From the NCBI GenBank assembly GCA_964187785.1, contig OZ076409.1:80538001-80602000 (forward strand): a DNA stretch of 64,000 bases, given 5' to 3'. Both the position numbers and the translations under genes were made by a program. A model generated the notes under the pieces. The model was given only the letters and a program-made list of their open reading frames with translations. It had not been told where the DNA came from and made no database searches. Below, in pieces: positions 48,302 through 59,738 of the stretch (the stretch's first letter is position 1; every line of letters starts with the position of its first letter). The DNA comes from Amphiscolops sp. MND2022. Taxonomy: Eukaryota.

Positions 48302-49946
48302 CGAAACTGAAACAATTCCTTTCCCCGTTGATGTTGTTTCATCTGAAAACAATGATGCCAATGAAAGTAGTGCTTTTTTGCGGTCTCGAAGTGGGAGAGT
48401 TATCAAACCGCCTGCGTATCCAGACGATGCGCTTATTGAGAACAAAACCTGGGTGCTTTCTCCGCTTCCCCCGGGCCGAAAAGCAATTGGAAGCCGGTGG
48501 GTTTTCAAAATTAAGCGACACGACGACGGAACTATTGAAAAATTCAAAGCTCGTTTCGTAGCCCAAGGGTTTTCGCAAGTTTTTGGGAACGATTACGATG
48601 AAACTTTTGCGCCTACTGCCAAACTTTGTACCTTGAGGATTTGTTTTGCGCTCGCTGCTTCTTGGTCGACTTTTGTTTTTCAGTTAGACGTCCGTTCAGC
48701 CTTCCTCAATGCGAACTTGAGTCATGAAATTTTTATAGAACAACTAAAAGGCTTCGCGCAAGCGGTGGCTAATGGTGAAACACTTTATTGCAAGCTTCAA
48801 AAATGCCTTTATGGTTTAAAGCAAGCAGGGAGGGAATGGAACAAAACTTTAACCCAGTGGTTTTTGAAGAACGAATTTGTACAGTCTGCCGAGGATCATT
48901 GTCTTTTTCGTTGCGATGGGACTAATGGTTCCCAACTTTTTGTACTAGTTTGGGTCGACGACATTTTGTACTCTTCAAACAACGACAAAATGCTGCATGA
49001 TTTCAAGGCGAAACTCAGCGATGCATTCAGCATCGATGATCGTGGGAAAATGACTTGGTTTTTGGGATGCAATGTTGAACAGTCACGCAGTCGCATTTCT
49101 CTTAGTCAGCGGTCATATATAAAGGACATTTTGCGCAAAAGTCATATGTCTGATTGTAAACCAGTCAGTACTCCAGCTATTCCCCATACGAAACAGTCAA
49201 AATCGGACTGCCCTATCGAAGGTAGTGAAAAGTCACTTGATATTTGCGAACAGAAACAATATCGTAGCTTAGTTGGAAACTTAATGTATTTGTCCAATGT
49301 TAGTCGCCCCGATATTTGCTTTGCTGTCTATAACTTAGCACAATTCGTGTCAAATCCTGGTAAAGCCCATTGGTGTGCATTGAAACACCTTCTCCGTTTT
49401 CTCAAGGGCACCGAGTCTCTATCTCTTGTGTATAACCGCTCTGAGAATCTCGAACTTTTTGGTTTTTCGGATTCCGATTGGGCCACCGACAAGGACGATT
49501 GCAAGTCAACTTTGGGTTTTTGCTTCGAACTAAGTCGTTCTGGTAGTGTTGTCTCTTGGGCGTCCAAAAAGCAAGGGTGTGTGGCACTTAGCTCTTGTGA
49601 AGCCGAGTATGTTTCGTTGGCTTTGGCTGCACAGGAAGCAGTCTATTTGCAAGGCTTGCTCACATTCTTCTGCTTGATGACGGTGAACACGCCTGTTCTG
49701 TTGTGTGGTGACAATCAAGGGGCACTCGCACTGGCCAGCAACCCTGTCGCCCACAAACGTGCTAAACACATAGAAACCCGACACCACTTCATCCGTCAAC
49801 TGGTTGAGGACAAACGCATTCAACTGTCTTATGTACCCACAAAAAACAACTTGGCTGATATCTTCACCAAGAACCTACCCAAGCCTGCCTTCAATGAGCT
49901 CTCATCGCAACTCTTCGTCATTCAGCCACCCCGATCAACAACTTAA
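47418..49946 (+). CDS. pol: Copia pol: integrase - RT - RNase H, 842 aa open
   Basis: LVFTDILGP, IRSDNGKEY, QNGVSERRWRT; SRWVFKIK, KARFVAQGFSQ, LDVRSAFLNA, LYGLKQAGREW, WVDD (48951-48962); GFSDSDWA, SCEAEY, GDNQGAL, KHIETRHHFIR, LADIFTK. Confidence 0.97.
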   Translation: MQNFKSRRQPVSRKKEKRKSSKLDLVFTDILGPMPTTSLGGNRYAISFTDSYSRYSAVYFLKSKEECLDKFKVFCAQVGTPRAIRSDNGKEYISKSFRSFCISNRIKREHTAPYSPHQNGVSERRWRTTVEMARCMLKTAKLGNEFWDRALHTAFYISNRCLTVSLPKGKTPFEMFFGKKPDLSKLKVFGCTAFKHIETHQDKLSNKATKEVFVGCSEDSEAKILYNPYSKKTSFSRNVSFDETSFDFFAAHPSQNIRAFVTEKPAPKQVLTETQKHFCEKSSVPILPTETLNDFETETIPFPVDVVSSENNDANESSAFLRSRSGRVIKPPAYPDDALIENKTWVLSPLPPGRKAIGSRWVFKIKRHDDGTIEKFKARFVAQGFSQVFGNDYDETFAPTAKLCTLRICFALAASWSTFVFQLDVRSAFLNANLSHEIFIEQLKGFAQAVANGETLYCKLQKCLYGLKQAGREWNKTLTQWFLKNEFVQSAEDHCLFRCDGTNGSQLFVLVWVDDILYSSNNDKMLHDFKAKLSDAFSIDDRGKMTWFLGCNVEQSRSRISLSQRSYIKDILRKSHMSDCKPVSTPAIPHTKQSKSDCPIEGSEKSLDICEQKQYRSLVGNLMYLSNVSRPDICFAVYNLAQFVSNPGKAHWCALKHLLRFLKGTESLSLVYNRSENLELFGFSDSDWATDKDDCKSTLGFCFELSRSGSVVSWASKKQGCVALSSCEAEYVSLALAAQEAVYLQGLLTFFCLMTVNTPVLLCGDNQGALALASNPVAHKRAKHIETRHHFIRQLVEDKRIQLSYVPTKNNLADIFTKNLPKPAFNELSSQLFVIQPPRSTT

Positions 49947-50137
49947 CCCTTGCCTCCCTCACAACTCAATTATTTTAAATTACTCATTTTTGTGTTTATG
50001 TTATCACTGGGACTATGACGACTTTCAGCTTCTCTTCAACTGATGGATAGAGCCCTCTCAACCGCTGCCTTGACATGACAGATGGTCAAGCACTGTGGTT
50101 CGCCATCATCAAACAACAACCCTCGGAGTCTCTCATC

Positions 50138-50342
50138 GAGCGGGGGTGTTAGAGATCGATGAAGGTCAAAGGACCATTAAAGGTCAACCATCTCAGACTA
50201 TACCAGACTGAACTAATTTAGTATATTATTGTTGTTTGTAAACATGTACCTGTTATTTTATCTTCACTTGACTGAATCACTTTACCAACTCACAACACAA
50301 AATAAAGTATTGACAGTAACTACTCTTCACCAATCTTCCGAC
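50138..50342 (+). repeat. Copia PPT (50138-50146) and 3' LTR (from 50147; end at about 50342 approximate)
   Basis: GAGCGGGGG|TGTTAGAG...; AATAAA at about 50311; candidate CA end at CTTCCGACA. Confidence 0.6.
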
Positions 50343-50771
50343 AACCCAGCTACGACCAGAAGGAGCTCAGGCCCTAATACAGACATTAACGTGAACGTCA
50401 AACTTCCGGAACCTCTCCAAGAACCTTTGGAGTGAATTCCCAGAACTCGATGAAATGCCCTACTACTCTACTAAGACCGAAGCAGGAGTAGCAATGTTGA
50501 AAGTTCGTCAAACGCTCCTCGCTAGTCCATAAATTCGTGATCCCTGAAAACTCTTTGAAATCGTTCGACATATCACTACTGTTTTTGTTTTTCTGTTAAA
50601 AAGTTATTGACTCACGGTAGAAACTTCATTTTACCAAAAGCTGATGCAGTTGTAGCTTTAAAAAATTCTTTATCAGAACTTTTGTTATGAATTTTGAACA
50701 TTTCCCCTCTGTTACGAACATTTCCCCTCTGTTACAATCGTTTGTGTATTTTCTACAAAATGTTTTGAAAC

Positions 50772-50940
50772 CACTCAACTTTAATAACGATTACGTTTAT
50801 AACGATAATCCGGGCATAGTGATAGTTTCACGGTCCAGGCCACGATGCTAGTGAATAACGATTTTCGTCTATAACGATATTCGGATATAATGATTAAAAA
50901 ACGCCGGTCCCCGGGCAATCGTTATAAGCGGAGTTGAGTG
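50772..50940. mobile_element. Small MITE-like element (possibly Tc1/mariner-type) with imperfect TIRs
   Basis: CACTCAACT----TTAATAACGATT at the left and AATCGTTATAAGCGGAGTTGAGTG followed by TA at the right; internal ATAACGA repeats. Confidence 0.5.
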
Positions 50941-53900
50941 TACCGAGTAGTTCTCTGGAAACCTGAAACGTTTTCGCTGAATTGGTGACATTGAAGTTTC
51001 GCAAAATGCGAGATAATCAGTTTGGATAGCTTTGGACGAAATTAAGTATGCTGGATCTCTTTGCCCTTTAATAACCTCAACTGACTTTTGTTAATTTGTC
51101 TTTTTAATATTTCTGCTTTAGCAGGAATGTTATTGTAACCTCAAAGTTGGTCCTTTTTTTTCAGTCGTCAAATTTCGTCCTACTGAATAATTCAGATATT
51201 TTGTTCGGCAGTGAGTGTAAGCGTGGGAAAGCTGCCGACAACAATTCAATTCTAGTGCGATAGAACGAGCGAGTGGTAATTATCCATTCGTATGCTGACG
51301 TCATTGAGATGAAGCGAATGAGTGTTAATTATTCGTTCGTTGAGAGCTTCGCCTGCATTCAAATGCGAATGCGAAACTTCGTCTACGCTTAGTTATATTT
51401 TCTTTAGTCCGAGAAGAATTAAAGGCGGTGTAAACTTGTACAGTGATTAATTGTGCTCTAAGTAATGATTAAACAGGAGTGTATTGGTATTCCAGATATG
51501 ATTCTTTTATTAATGATTTTTTGTTTTAAAAAAATAAAGATTAAAGCAGAAATAGTACTGAGCCCCGGAGGGGCCTATTTTGTTAATGTCAATCTGGAAG
51601 ACTCAAACTGGGACCAAGATTAGAAAGTAGAGTAGATGTCCCTGTATCAGTCGAAGACAGGTCAAGTCCCTACAAGTAATGGGAATGCCTGCTTTTGTTC
51701 AGCTTCGCCGAGTTCGTTACCGAAATTAGGTTGATCCGGTCGTTAAAATTCTTTTCCAAATTTTTCAGGGCATCATGGCTCAAATCCCAGAGTTAACGCC
51801 TGCGACGGCTGGCTTGGCTGTCAGTGGAACTGCCGCAGCCATGTGGGTTGTTTTGAACTCAATCAATCAAAGGAAACTGAAAGCATTAAAAATGTTAGTG
51901 GAATGCTTTGTATTGATGAGTCTTCCATGTGTATTTCTATTTTTTGAAAATATGAAAGGACCGGGCGTTTCGAAACCATATTTATTCTGTTAGCAATAAG
52001 CGACTTCGTCCATTATCTAATAAGGGGGTCTGTCTAAAAATGAGGACGAAGCGTTATCTCGCTGCAAGCTGCAGAGCTTCGTTGCAGTGTCATTAACTGT
52101 CCAGTAAAATTAAATGGGAAAGACTTTTGAGTTGAAAATTCTGAGATTAATATAAGAAAAACTTAGAAACAGTTTACTACTGATTTCTTTTCTAACTTAG
52201 TTCAAATTGACTGTTGAAAAAAAAATCGTTATTCTTTCAGACGCTTTTACCAAAGCATTTTTACAATCACGGGTCCAATTCATTTATTACAGTATGGTAT
52301 ATTCCCTTAGAATATTGTATACGCTTTCAACAGCACTTTTGTTAAGTTTTTCTTTGAATGCCATAAATAGTTGTTCGAAGTGCATAACATCGTTCAACGT
52401 AAGAAACTGCTTCAGACCTATGCTTGCTTTTAAACGAAATTCCATTTTTCGAAATGACAATTTTACTGATATCAGAATTTTTCTGTGACATGGATTCAAT
52501 TGTGTTGTTCAAATCACTTGTGAACTTCTTCAGAGAACTTGGGTAAGTTTCTGAATATCTGGTTTCGATAAAGGCGTTTGAAACCGTTTATTGGTCAGCT
52601 GCTGATATCAATGTTAGTTTATAAAACGTTTTCATCAAAACTCTCTAAAATCTCATTTGGAAACCAGTTTCCGTATGAACTTGATGTTGAAATCCTTCGC
52701 AAATCGGGAAAATATCTAATGAATACGTTAATAACTTTTAAAGAAATGTTTTTGGTTAAATATAATTTGCTGCACACTCAACATACTGTCTTCATACTAA
52801 TTACAGCTGTCCAGTGGGGTTTATCACTCGAAATTCACATGTCATTTTAATTAAATCTATAAAAAACAATTCTATACGCTACTCTTGTTGAGTATGAGAT
52901 ATGACTCTATATGAAAATTTTACTTTTACAGTGAACTACGCGGACTTCATTTTGATATTGGTTTTCCATGCATCTCATAACGTTTTCAAAGATTTTTGAC
53001 ATCTGTGGATTTCGTACGAATTTCTATCGCTGAAACTTTTCTTTTACATCTACATCTTCCCGTTACAATTAATAAATAAATTTTAATTTAACCTCTGGTT
53101 TTTGCTCCTGCAATCTACATGTTTTCATTTCCTGGCGTTTTCAATCATCAATTGATAGTTTCGACACATGTTTGAATGAAATTTCTTCGCCTTGGTTTTC
53201 CTTTGGAATTTTTTTGAGCAAATTTCGTTGATTGTTAGCTCATACTTTGTCTGTTCCAGGGAAAACAGTCTTGTTGCCGTGTCAGATAAAGTAAGTTCGT
53301 TCAATTTTTGTTTGCTTTCCAAATGAATAAGTATAGCCACGCCTTTTAGTCTATAACATTGTTGACTTTTGAATACAGTGTCCAATATTGCTTTTTTTAT
53401 TCTGTAATTTTTTATGTGCTGTGGTTTTTATGTGGATCCAGAAAAAGTTGAATTGTCAAGAGTTGACCTTGAATTGTCATGTTGGGAAATTGTTAACTAG
53501 TTTCCATTGCCAAATAATGGTCCAAAAGACTGCTTCACTTGTGCACTTGATCCAAATCGGCGCCTCGCATAAGTTCCGTATTCACTGAAATAGTTAAAAT
53601 GCTAAAATGCTGACTTTTCAACGTTAATTCAGTTTCTTGAAGATGTCAATGTGAGATTGAACTGGTTAATTCATTCAAAAATAGGAATGTCTTGCATTCA
53701 AAAAGACCATTGACAGCCTTCGTTACTTCTCTTTATATTTATGTTCTTTTGAATTTTGCACAGCTTCATAGAACTTCATTTTGCTTGATACTGTTCTTTC
53801 TTGAGGTGCTCGTCAGTAAAGTTTATACGCTAGAAGACACTGACATTCAAAAAAGCTTCAACTTTTGTTACCTTCAAAAATCCTAATGACTTATCTTCAA

Positions 53901-56344
53901 AATTTATAACATTGGGATGACCAATTTGGAAGAAAAATGCTAGTTCTTATTTGCAGAAAGATGAGAAAGAAAACAAAGTAGCTGTTGACAAGCAATTCTT
54001 CTGCAGCCTTGTCAAACTGTGCAAAGTGTGCTGTCCTGGAATTTTTACCAAAGAGGTTAGTTGTTGCTATCTTTTTAATAATCTGCGGCAACTAGAATTT
54101 CATTAACCCTAGATGAACGACAGTACGATTTCGTTGTGTTCTGCAATATTCTGAAGGCACCCGCTGACCGTATCGTAATGAAAACTCTTGAATAAGATTT
54201 TCTGACGATTTTGTTTAGCTTTGCACACCTTTTTACTGAATATTGACTTGATGTGTTGAAATCAAGAAAACGGGACCAAAAAGTCAGAAAAATATGCGGA
54301 GATTTTCCGCTTGTTGGGCTTGAATAGTTTTGAAGGTATTGCGGTTTAAAGTTGAAGCACCAGATCCGGAAATTTCCTCGTCCATTTAGGGTTAAAATAG
54401 TAGTTTTTCTCGCTTGTTCTCTTTGCATCTAGTGTAACTCTTATTAGCAATGGGTACATTTTTATTGACAAGTGTTTACTAATATTAGCGAACAAGGGTT
54501 TCTCCGAGAAATGCCTTCAAAGAAGAACAGCACAGTCTATTGCCGTTTACGAGTAATATTTTCACAAGGCTGTTGAAAATTGATTTTTTTCCAAGTTCCA
54601 CGCAGTCTTCTTGTTCGTTAGAAGCAGTGGTGATCAATGATTTTTAAATGGAAAATTTAATATGTGATGAACGAAATTTAATGGACCCAGTATAAGGATT
54701 TTTTGCACAAATGGTTTGCAAAAATCGAGGTATTAATTTCCAAAATATATTCAACTCCATCGCAAGTACAACTAAAGTAATTGATTAGTCTTTTTCGCCA
54801 TAGTCTAAGTACATTTTGTATGCACCAAAAAGATTACAAGGAGTTGCTGTTTGGAAAATCACAAATTGTTGAAAAAAGCGCTTCGTGGTTGGAGGTTCAT
54901 TGTTAATGAATGAGGAAATTAACGGATCCATTAAATTACCGACGGGTATTAGATTCATATATTATATTTGGCATCACTGGTTGGAAGTTGCTTCATTCCC
55001 TATCGTTGAATAATTGGGGTCTTACTACCCGCCTACCGGTCCTGGTGGACATGATTAATTTTTCTCAATTAGATGAAAGTTAATATTTAGCTGCGACAAG
55101 ACCGGTCATAGTTACTATATTCCTGAAGCAACTGTTTTTTTGTAAAATTCAGGTAAAGTGGCTTTGAAAATCTCGTTTGACCACTTAGCGAGAATCATTC
55201 CATCCGCCGATCGAGTTGTCATTTTTAGGAGGTAATTGTGGTAACTGAATAATTGAATGGGGAATTACGAGAAGGTCCATAACTGGATCATTAATTGTTG
55301 TCCATTGGTTTGGAAAGTCTAAACTGGCATGTTAATAAATCAAGCCATGAAATCAGGCGTTAATCGCGCGATTCTCTTTTAATGCGTGTACCATCGTTTA
55401 AATTGAAATCGAATATCTGCGATGTTTCTTATCAAGGTCAAATCCATTCTTTGCTGGTTTCCGAAGTTACTACGGATAATTTGAGATTTTCACTGGGTTC
55501 ACCTGAAAGCAGTCGAATTATATTGAAACATCATTGCTTTGCGTCCATATGTATACCCTAGTCCCGTCATTGCTTTGCGTCCATATGTATACCCTACAGT
55601 TTTCGGTACTTCGGCCACATAATTTTGCAACTCGTTGTCAGTAACACTTTTTTTCTTTTCTGCAGAGCTTTCAAACAAAAATTTTTAACTGATGCTTCCG
55701 AGAAACCACGTTGCTCTCCATATCGGGTTCTCGGCGTTTCGGAAATTCTGGCATAAGTTTCCGTTTCTTGTAATAATGCAATTTAATCTTTCAATTGGTA
55801 AAAAAATACTCATAACTGGCGTCTAACTTTGATAAAAAAAGGTGGTAAATTGGAAAAAGGATAATGGAAATCAGTTTAAGTTGAGATTTATGCAAAAAAT
55901 CGATTTTAAATTATCTGATAGTACACGCATTGAGTTGCCTCTCCAGAGTCAAATTATTTAGAATCGAATTTTACAGGGCACTATGGCAATGGTATAAAAT
56001 GAATGAAATTTTCACTTTCGATCCTAGATAAAATCAAGTCACAATTCGATCCTAAATAATTTAGAACATTTTTCGATTCTAAGTAATTCGACTCTGTACA
56101 GCAATCCATACTGAGCTATACAGTTCTCGTTTTGATTTCAGTTTTAACCATTAGCCTGCATAAAACAAGACTTAATTTTCAGAGAAAAGTATCTGCTTGG
56201 TTGACACATCGTGAATCAAAAGAATCTATACAAAGTTGTTCCATTCATCCTTCGTTTGATCTCGCGAATACCCCGCTACCTTTTTCTCGAAAATTATTGA
56301 TGTAGAACTGACCGATTATATCATAAACTTAACTCTGTGGGTTG

Positions 56345-56400
56345 GGCCGCCGTCGCCTAACGGTGAACACGAGTTCGAATCTTCGCGCGACCAAGGTTTT
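56345..56400 (+). ncRNA. tRNA-derived (SINE-like) head with A-like and B boxes; not a complete tRNA
   Basis: TCGCCTAACGG (56353-56363) and GAGTTCGAATC (56371-56381), ending GCGCGACCA then TTTTTT. Box spacing is too short to include an anticodon arm. Confidence 0.4.
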
Positions 56401-56724
56401 TCCACGTTGGCAACGCTAGACTACAAGGTCAAAAGGTCTCCGTTTGGGCTTTTTCGGCACTATGCCACTTTTCTGGAAAAATTTCACCAATTTGTTCAAG
56501 TTTTCTGATGTTTTCGGAAATCGAAAAGCGTTTTGCGAGCCTTATGGCCACCCCATTTAAGTTTATCGGCACTGTGTGGCTTTTTTGATTTTTTCTCACG
56601 AATTTGGGTTTTTGATGTTTTCAGGAAAGGAAAAAGTTTTCACAGATCCAGAACTCATGACGAAACATTGAAATCGGTACTCCTGGCTAAGTGTGGTACA
56701 TATAATATAAGTGTGGTCCCTGTA

Positions 56725-57475
56725 TAGGGTTGGCAACGCTCCAGTACCGGTACGTACGGTACCGGTATATGTACCGGTACCGATAAAACCGGTACCTGTA
56801 CCAGTGTAGTTACCGCATGTATTAATTATTGCGTCGTCATATATATAACTATCAATTTATACGTTTACTGACTGCCCAATTGGACATAGGCCTAGTAATA
56901 ATTCATAGAAACATAACAGACTTCTGAATGAAAAAGTTCGAACGCTTGTATTCATTTATACTAACTACGCCATGCTTGATCCAAAAGAAGATAATGATTA
57001 CTTGAGTCATGTTTTGGATTCTGACCTTTAATAATACATTCTTGTGAAACAATGACTGGTACTCCTGACTAAGTGTGGTCCCAAGTGATTTCTCCTTATT
57101 AAGTGTGGTCCCTGCATAGTTTGTCGGAAATTTTATATTACGTCGTCAGCTATGTTCACATACCCCTAGTGCCCTAAATGCAGGAGCGAAGCGAAGCGGA
57201 GCGACGTGCCATGTGGCCATGCCTCAATGTTGCTACTTGGCGAAGGGAGCGAAGCGACCGAGGCATACAACAAATATGCTAACCTCTTCTAGGGACCACA
57301 CTTAGTCAGAATTTTTCAGGCCGGCTGCATAAGTTTTATAGGGACCACACTTAGTCAGGAGTACCCAATGACTATTTTGTGCTATCTTTAAACATAGGTA
57401 CCGGCACATGTACCGGTACAGTATTGGTACGTATCAGAACCGACTTTGGCCCGTACCGGTACCTTGCCATCCCTA
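56725..57475. mobile_element. hAT-type non-autonomous element, 751 bp
   Basis: TIRs TAGGGTTGGCAA / TTGCCATCCCTA; perfect 8-bp TSD TCCCTGTA (56717-56724, 57476-57483); subterminal GTACCGGTAC repeats. Confidence 0.9.
57058..57365. mobile_element. Intact 308-bp MITE, 25-bp perfect TIRs, 8-bp TSD (compatible with Merlin; hAT or P not excluded)
   Basis: GGTACTCCTGACTAAGTGTGGTCCC at 57058-57082 and its reverse complement at 57341-57365; TSD CAATGACT at 57050-57057 and 57366-57373. Confidence 0.92.
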
Positions 57476-58484
57476 TCCCTGTATATTTTGTCGGAATTAT
57501 TAAAACGTAGTCAGTTATGTTCACATACCCCTAGTGCCCCAATGCAGAAGCGAAGCGGAGCGACGTGCCATATGACCATGCCTCAATTTGGTACTTGGCG
57601 AAGCCATACAACAAATATGCTAACCTCTTCAAATCAAGTTCGGTACTTCTGACTAAGTGTGATCCCAACAAAATTTATACAGCCGGCCTGGAACAACTTT
57701 GTTTCCTGAAGTTAAACTGTGGGACGCAAAAACTGTTAACAAACTCATTACTAATGTTGACAAGTCGTAATTTGTTGCGTTGTGAATTCAAGTTCAAACC
57801 TCATACTTTTGTTTTTTAAATAACTGCAATTATTGGATATTTATGGTCAAATACTTCCAATAAAATAATTTATTGGAAAAGTGGTACTTTCCTAATAGAC
57901 CGGACAATTATTTGCTAGCCGGACGCGCTATAAAACCAATCCTAATAGACCGGACGCCCCTAAGCTAAGTTTTTATATAATATTGCAATACAGTACGACC
58001 AAATTTCAAAACCCTTGGTCAAGAGTACCTCAAGTTCCATACATATTGGCTGCAACAGCACTAAAAGCTAGTTATTTAATTCTGCTGTCTGAGACTTCGT
58101 AAATTTTTGTACATGTAATTTTTGCTTTAATTTTGCTACATGTAATTTTAGCTTTCCCTCCCCCCTTTTAATTTGCTAGTATTTTGGGTACTCCTGACTA
58201 AGTGTGGTCCCTTCAAAAAGTGTGGGGCCACGTTGTTTCGCCTCGTTTGATATATTCGTATTGAAAAGAAATATTATTCTTCAAAGAGATTAATTTCGGA
58301 ACGGCAGAATAAAAACAACGAGTTCTTTGGTCAAGAATTGCAGAAATCACAACTTGTTTGATAACATTAATGACGGTTGATTAACTGCTAGCAAGCTTTT
58401 CGAAACTCAAGAAAAAGAAAAACTTTTAAACATTTGGACCTTTAAACTTTTTGTAATTCTCACTGTCTTTTTGAATTAATTTGA

Positions 58485-59346
58485 TGTTGTCACTCGTGCA
58501 GTGCGCCTGCTTGAAAAACAAATAATACCAAATTTCGGCAAAGAACCCCTTCAAAAAAAAAATTGTCCCTCCAGGTAATGGTTTTTATTCTTGGCGCGAG
58601 TAATATCGACCGCACGCTAAGGAATCTCGACGTTAACACTAGACGTCGTCTCCGTCTTGACGTACTAGGCGTTCCGAGTTTATCGTTCAACGGAAACAAC
58701 AGCAAACCGGAGACAACAGTTCAATATCAAATAAACAACCTCCCAGTAAGTCGTCGCGAGGACATTGTCATTTGGCACGACGTTATAAATAACTCCCTTA
58801 GTGCCCACAAAAGTAACGGCAATCGCCCATTAACTGTCCAACAGTTACTGAACGAGATCATTCTCATTCGCCACCGTATCGTTGCAATAGTCTACGTGCA
58901 ACGTGACGGAACTCCTTCTGTCTTCCGCCGCCTGATAGCTGAAACTGGCCTGCTAGTCTTGCATATAATTGATGACATTTATTCTACACAGCAACGCAAG
59001 CGAGGACTAGACTTGAATTTGTATCAATTGGTACATCCAGGTTTTTCTGTTGAGTGGAAAACTGTATCACTTGTTCGCTGGTATTCATATAATCTTCGTC
59101 GATTGATTGCACGTCCTCAGCGACCAAGCAACAAAACTCGCAAATCATTGAAGAACAAAGTGGCCATTGCTGAAAATAGAAAAAATCGCCAAGCATCGAA
59201 ACTGCTGGAAAAGAAGCTGAAAGGAAACCGAGCCTGAATCGAAAAAATTCTCGTATTGAATCGTAACGCACCGTTCGGTCCGTAAGCTACCGTGTTCGCG
59301 TCCTCTGCCCCTAGCAAACATTCTATTGCCTAAAACATAATCAACA
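58485..59346 (+). repeat. Candidate 5' LTR of the BEL/Pao element (862 bp)
   Basis: Starts TGTTG (58485-58489) and ends CAACA (59342-59346), a 5-bp terminal inverted repeat. It is followed by GT-TGCGGTCGCAGG (a poor PBS-like match), a structured leader and gag-pol. No second copy is in the window. Confidence 0.45.
58578..59237 (+). CDS. Intact 219-aa ORF, SGNH/GDSL-hydrolase-like fold with basic C-terminal tail
   Basis: ATG in gtaATGg context. MVFILGASNI (block I-like, Ser kept), GVPSLSF (block II-like), IVIWHDVINN (block III-like), LVHPG (block V His; the preceding Asp is absent). K/R-rich tail RPQRPSNKTRKSLKNK...KKLKGNRA. Confidence 0.65.
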   Translation: MVFILGASNIDRTLRNLDVNTRRRLRLDVLGVPSLSFNGNNSKPETTVQYQINNLPVSRREDIVIWHDVINNSLSAHKSNGNRPLTVQQLLNEIILIRHRIVAIVYVQRDGTPSVFRRLIAETGLLVLHIIDDIYSTQQRKRGLDLNLYQLVHPGFSVEWKTVSLVRWYSYNLRRLIARPQRPSNKTRKSLKNKVAIAENRKNRQASKLLEKKLKGNRA

Positions 59347-59376
59347 GTTGCGGTCGCAGGTTGCTACTCTATCAGT

Positions 59377-59605
59377 GAGCTCGAGGACTTCAACCCGAGT
59401 AGCTTGGGTTGTTGGTTGATTTGAGATCTCTGATTTTGCAGTATCACCTTCTTCCTGTTCGTTTCGGTCTTTTTTTGTTTTCATCGAGTTTTTGTTTCTG
59501 GGCACGAGTTGCCGCTCTAATCGGCGAACTCGAGGACTTCGACCCGAGTAGCTTGGGTCGTGGGATGATTTGAGTTGCCACCTAGAGCGGCCACTCGTCT
59601 CCCAG
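59377..59605 (+). promoter_or_regulatory. Structured 5' leader of the Pao element: duplicated 9-bp hairpin plus long enclosing stem
   Basis: CAACCCGAG-TAG-CTTGGGTTG (59391-59411) and CGACCCGAG-TAG-CTTGGGTCG (59540-59560); ACGAGTTGCCGCTCTA (about 59504-59519) pairs with TAGAGCGGCCACTCGT (59583-59598). Confidence 0.7.
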
Positions 59606-59738
59606 ACACGTTAGTTTCCGTTTTTTGAAACCGCATCGTTCTGGCCTGGGAGCACCTCTTCGAGGATTTTTGCAACCCTTCAAAGATTTTATTGATTCAC
59701 CAGAGACTGAATTAAAATTTCAACTTTTCCCTTTGACT

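Larger units (their letters stand above)
44995..50342 (+). mobile_element. Ty1/Copia LTR retrotransposon, young, 5'-truncated, with internal tandem duplication
   Basis: Order gag knuckles - PR - IN - RT - RNase H is the Copia order. PPT GAGCGGGGG is followed by TGTTAG at 50147. No matching 5' LTR is in the window. Confidence 0.95.
56676..57630. mobile_element. Outer MITE (GGTACTCCTGACTAAGTGTGGTCCC family), interrupted; right TIR lost
   Basis: Left end GGTACTCCTGGCTAAGTGTGG at 56676. Removing the 56725-57475 insertion and one TSD copy rejoins AAGTGTGGTCCCTGTA-TATTTTGTCGGA..., which matches the intact copy at 57058-57365. More orphan ends occur at about 57644 and 58187. Confidence 0.75.

Noticed and set aside
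51900-55500. Possible decayed UBX-like (IRFQF..DGTRIKR, about 55390-55420, minus) and HECT-like coding remnant
   Set aside because: Only short, frameshifted resemblances with no continuous frame or catalytic motif; needs a TBLASTN/HMM search before any claim.
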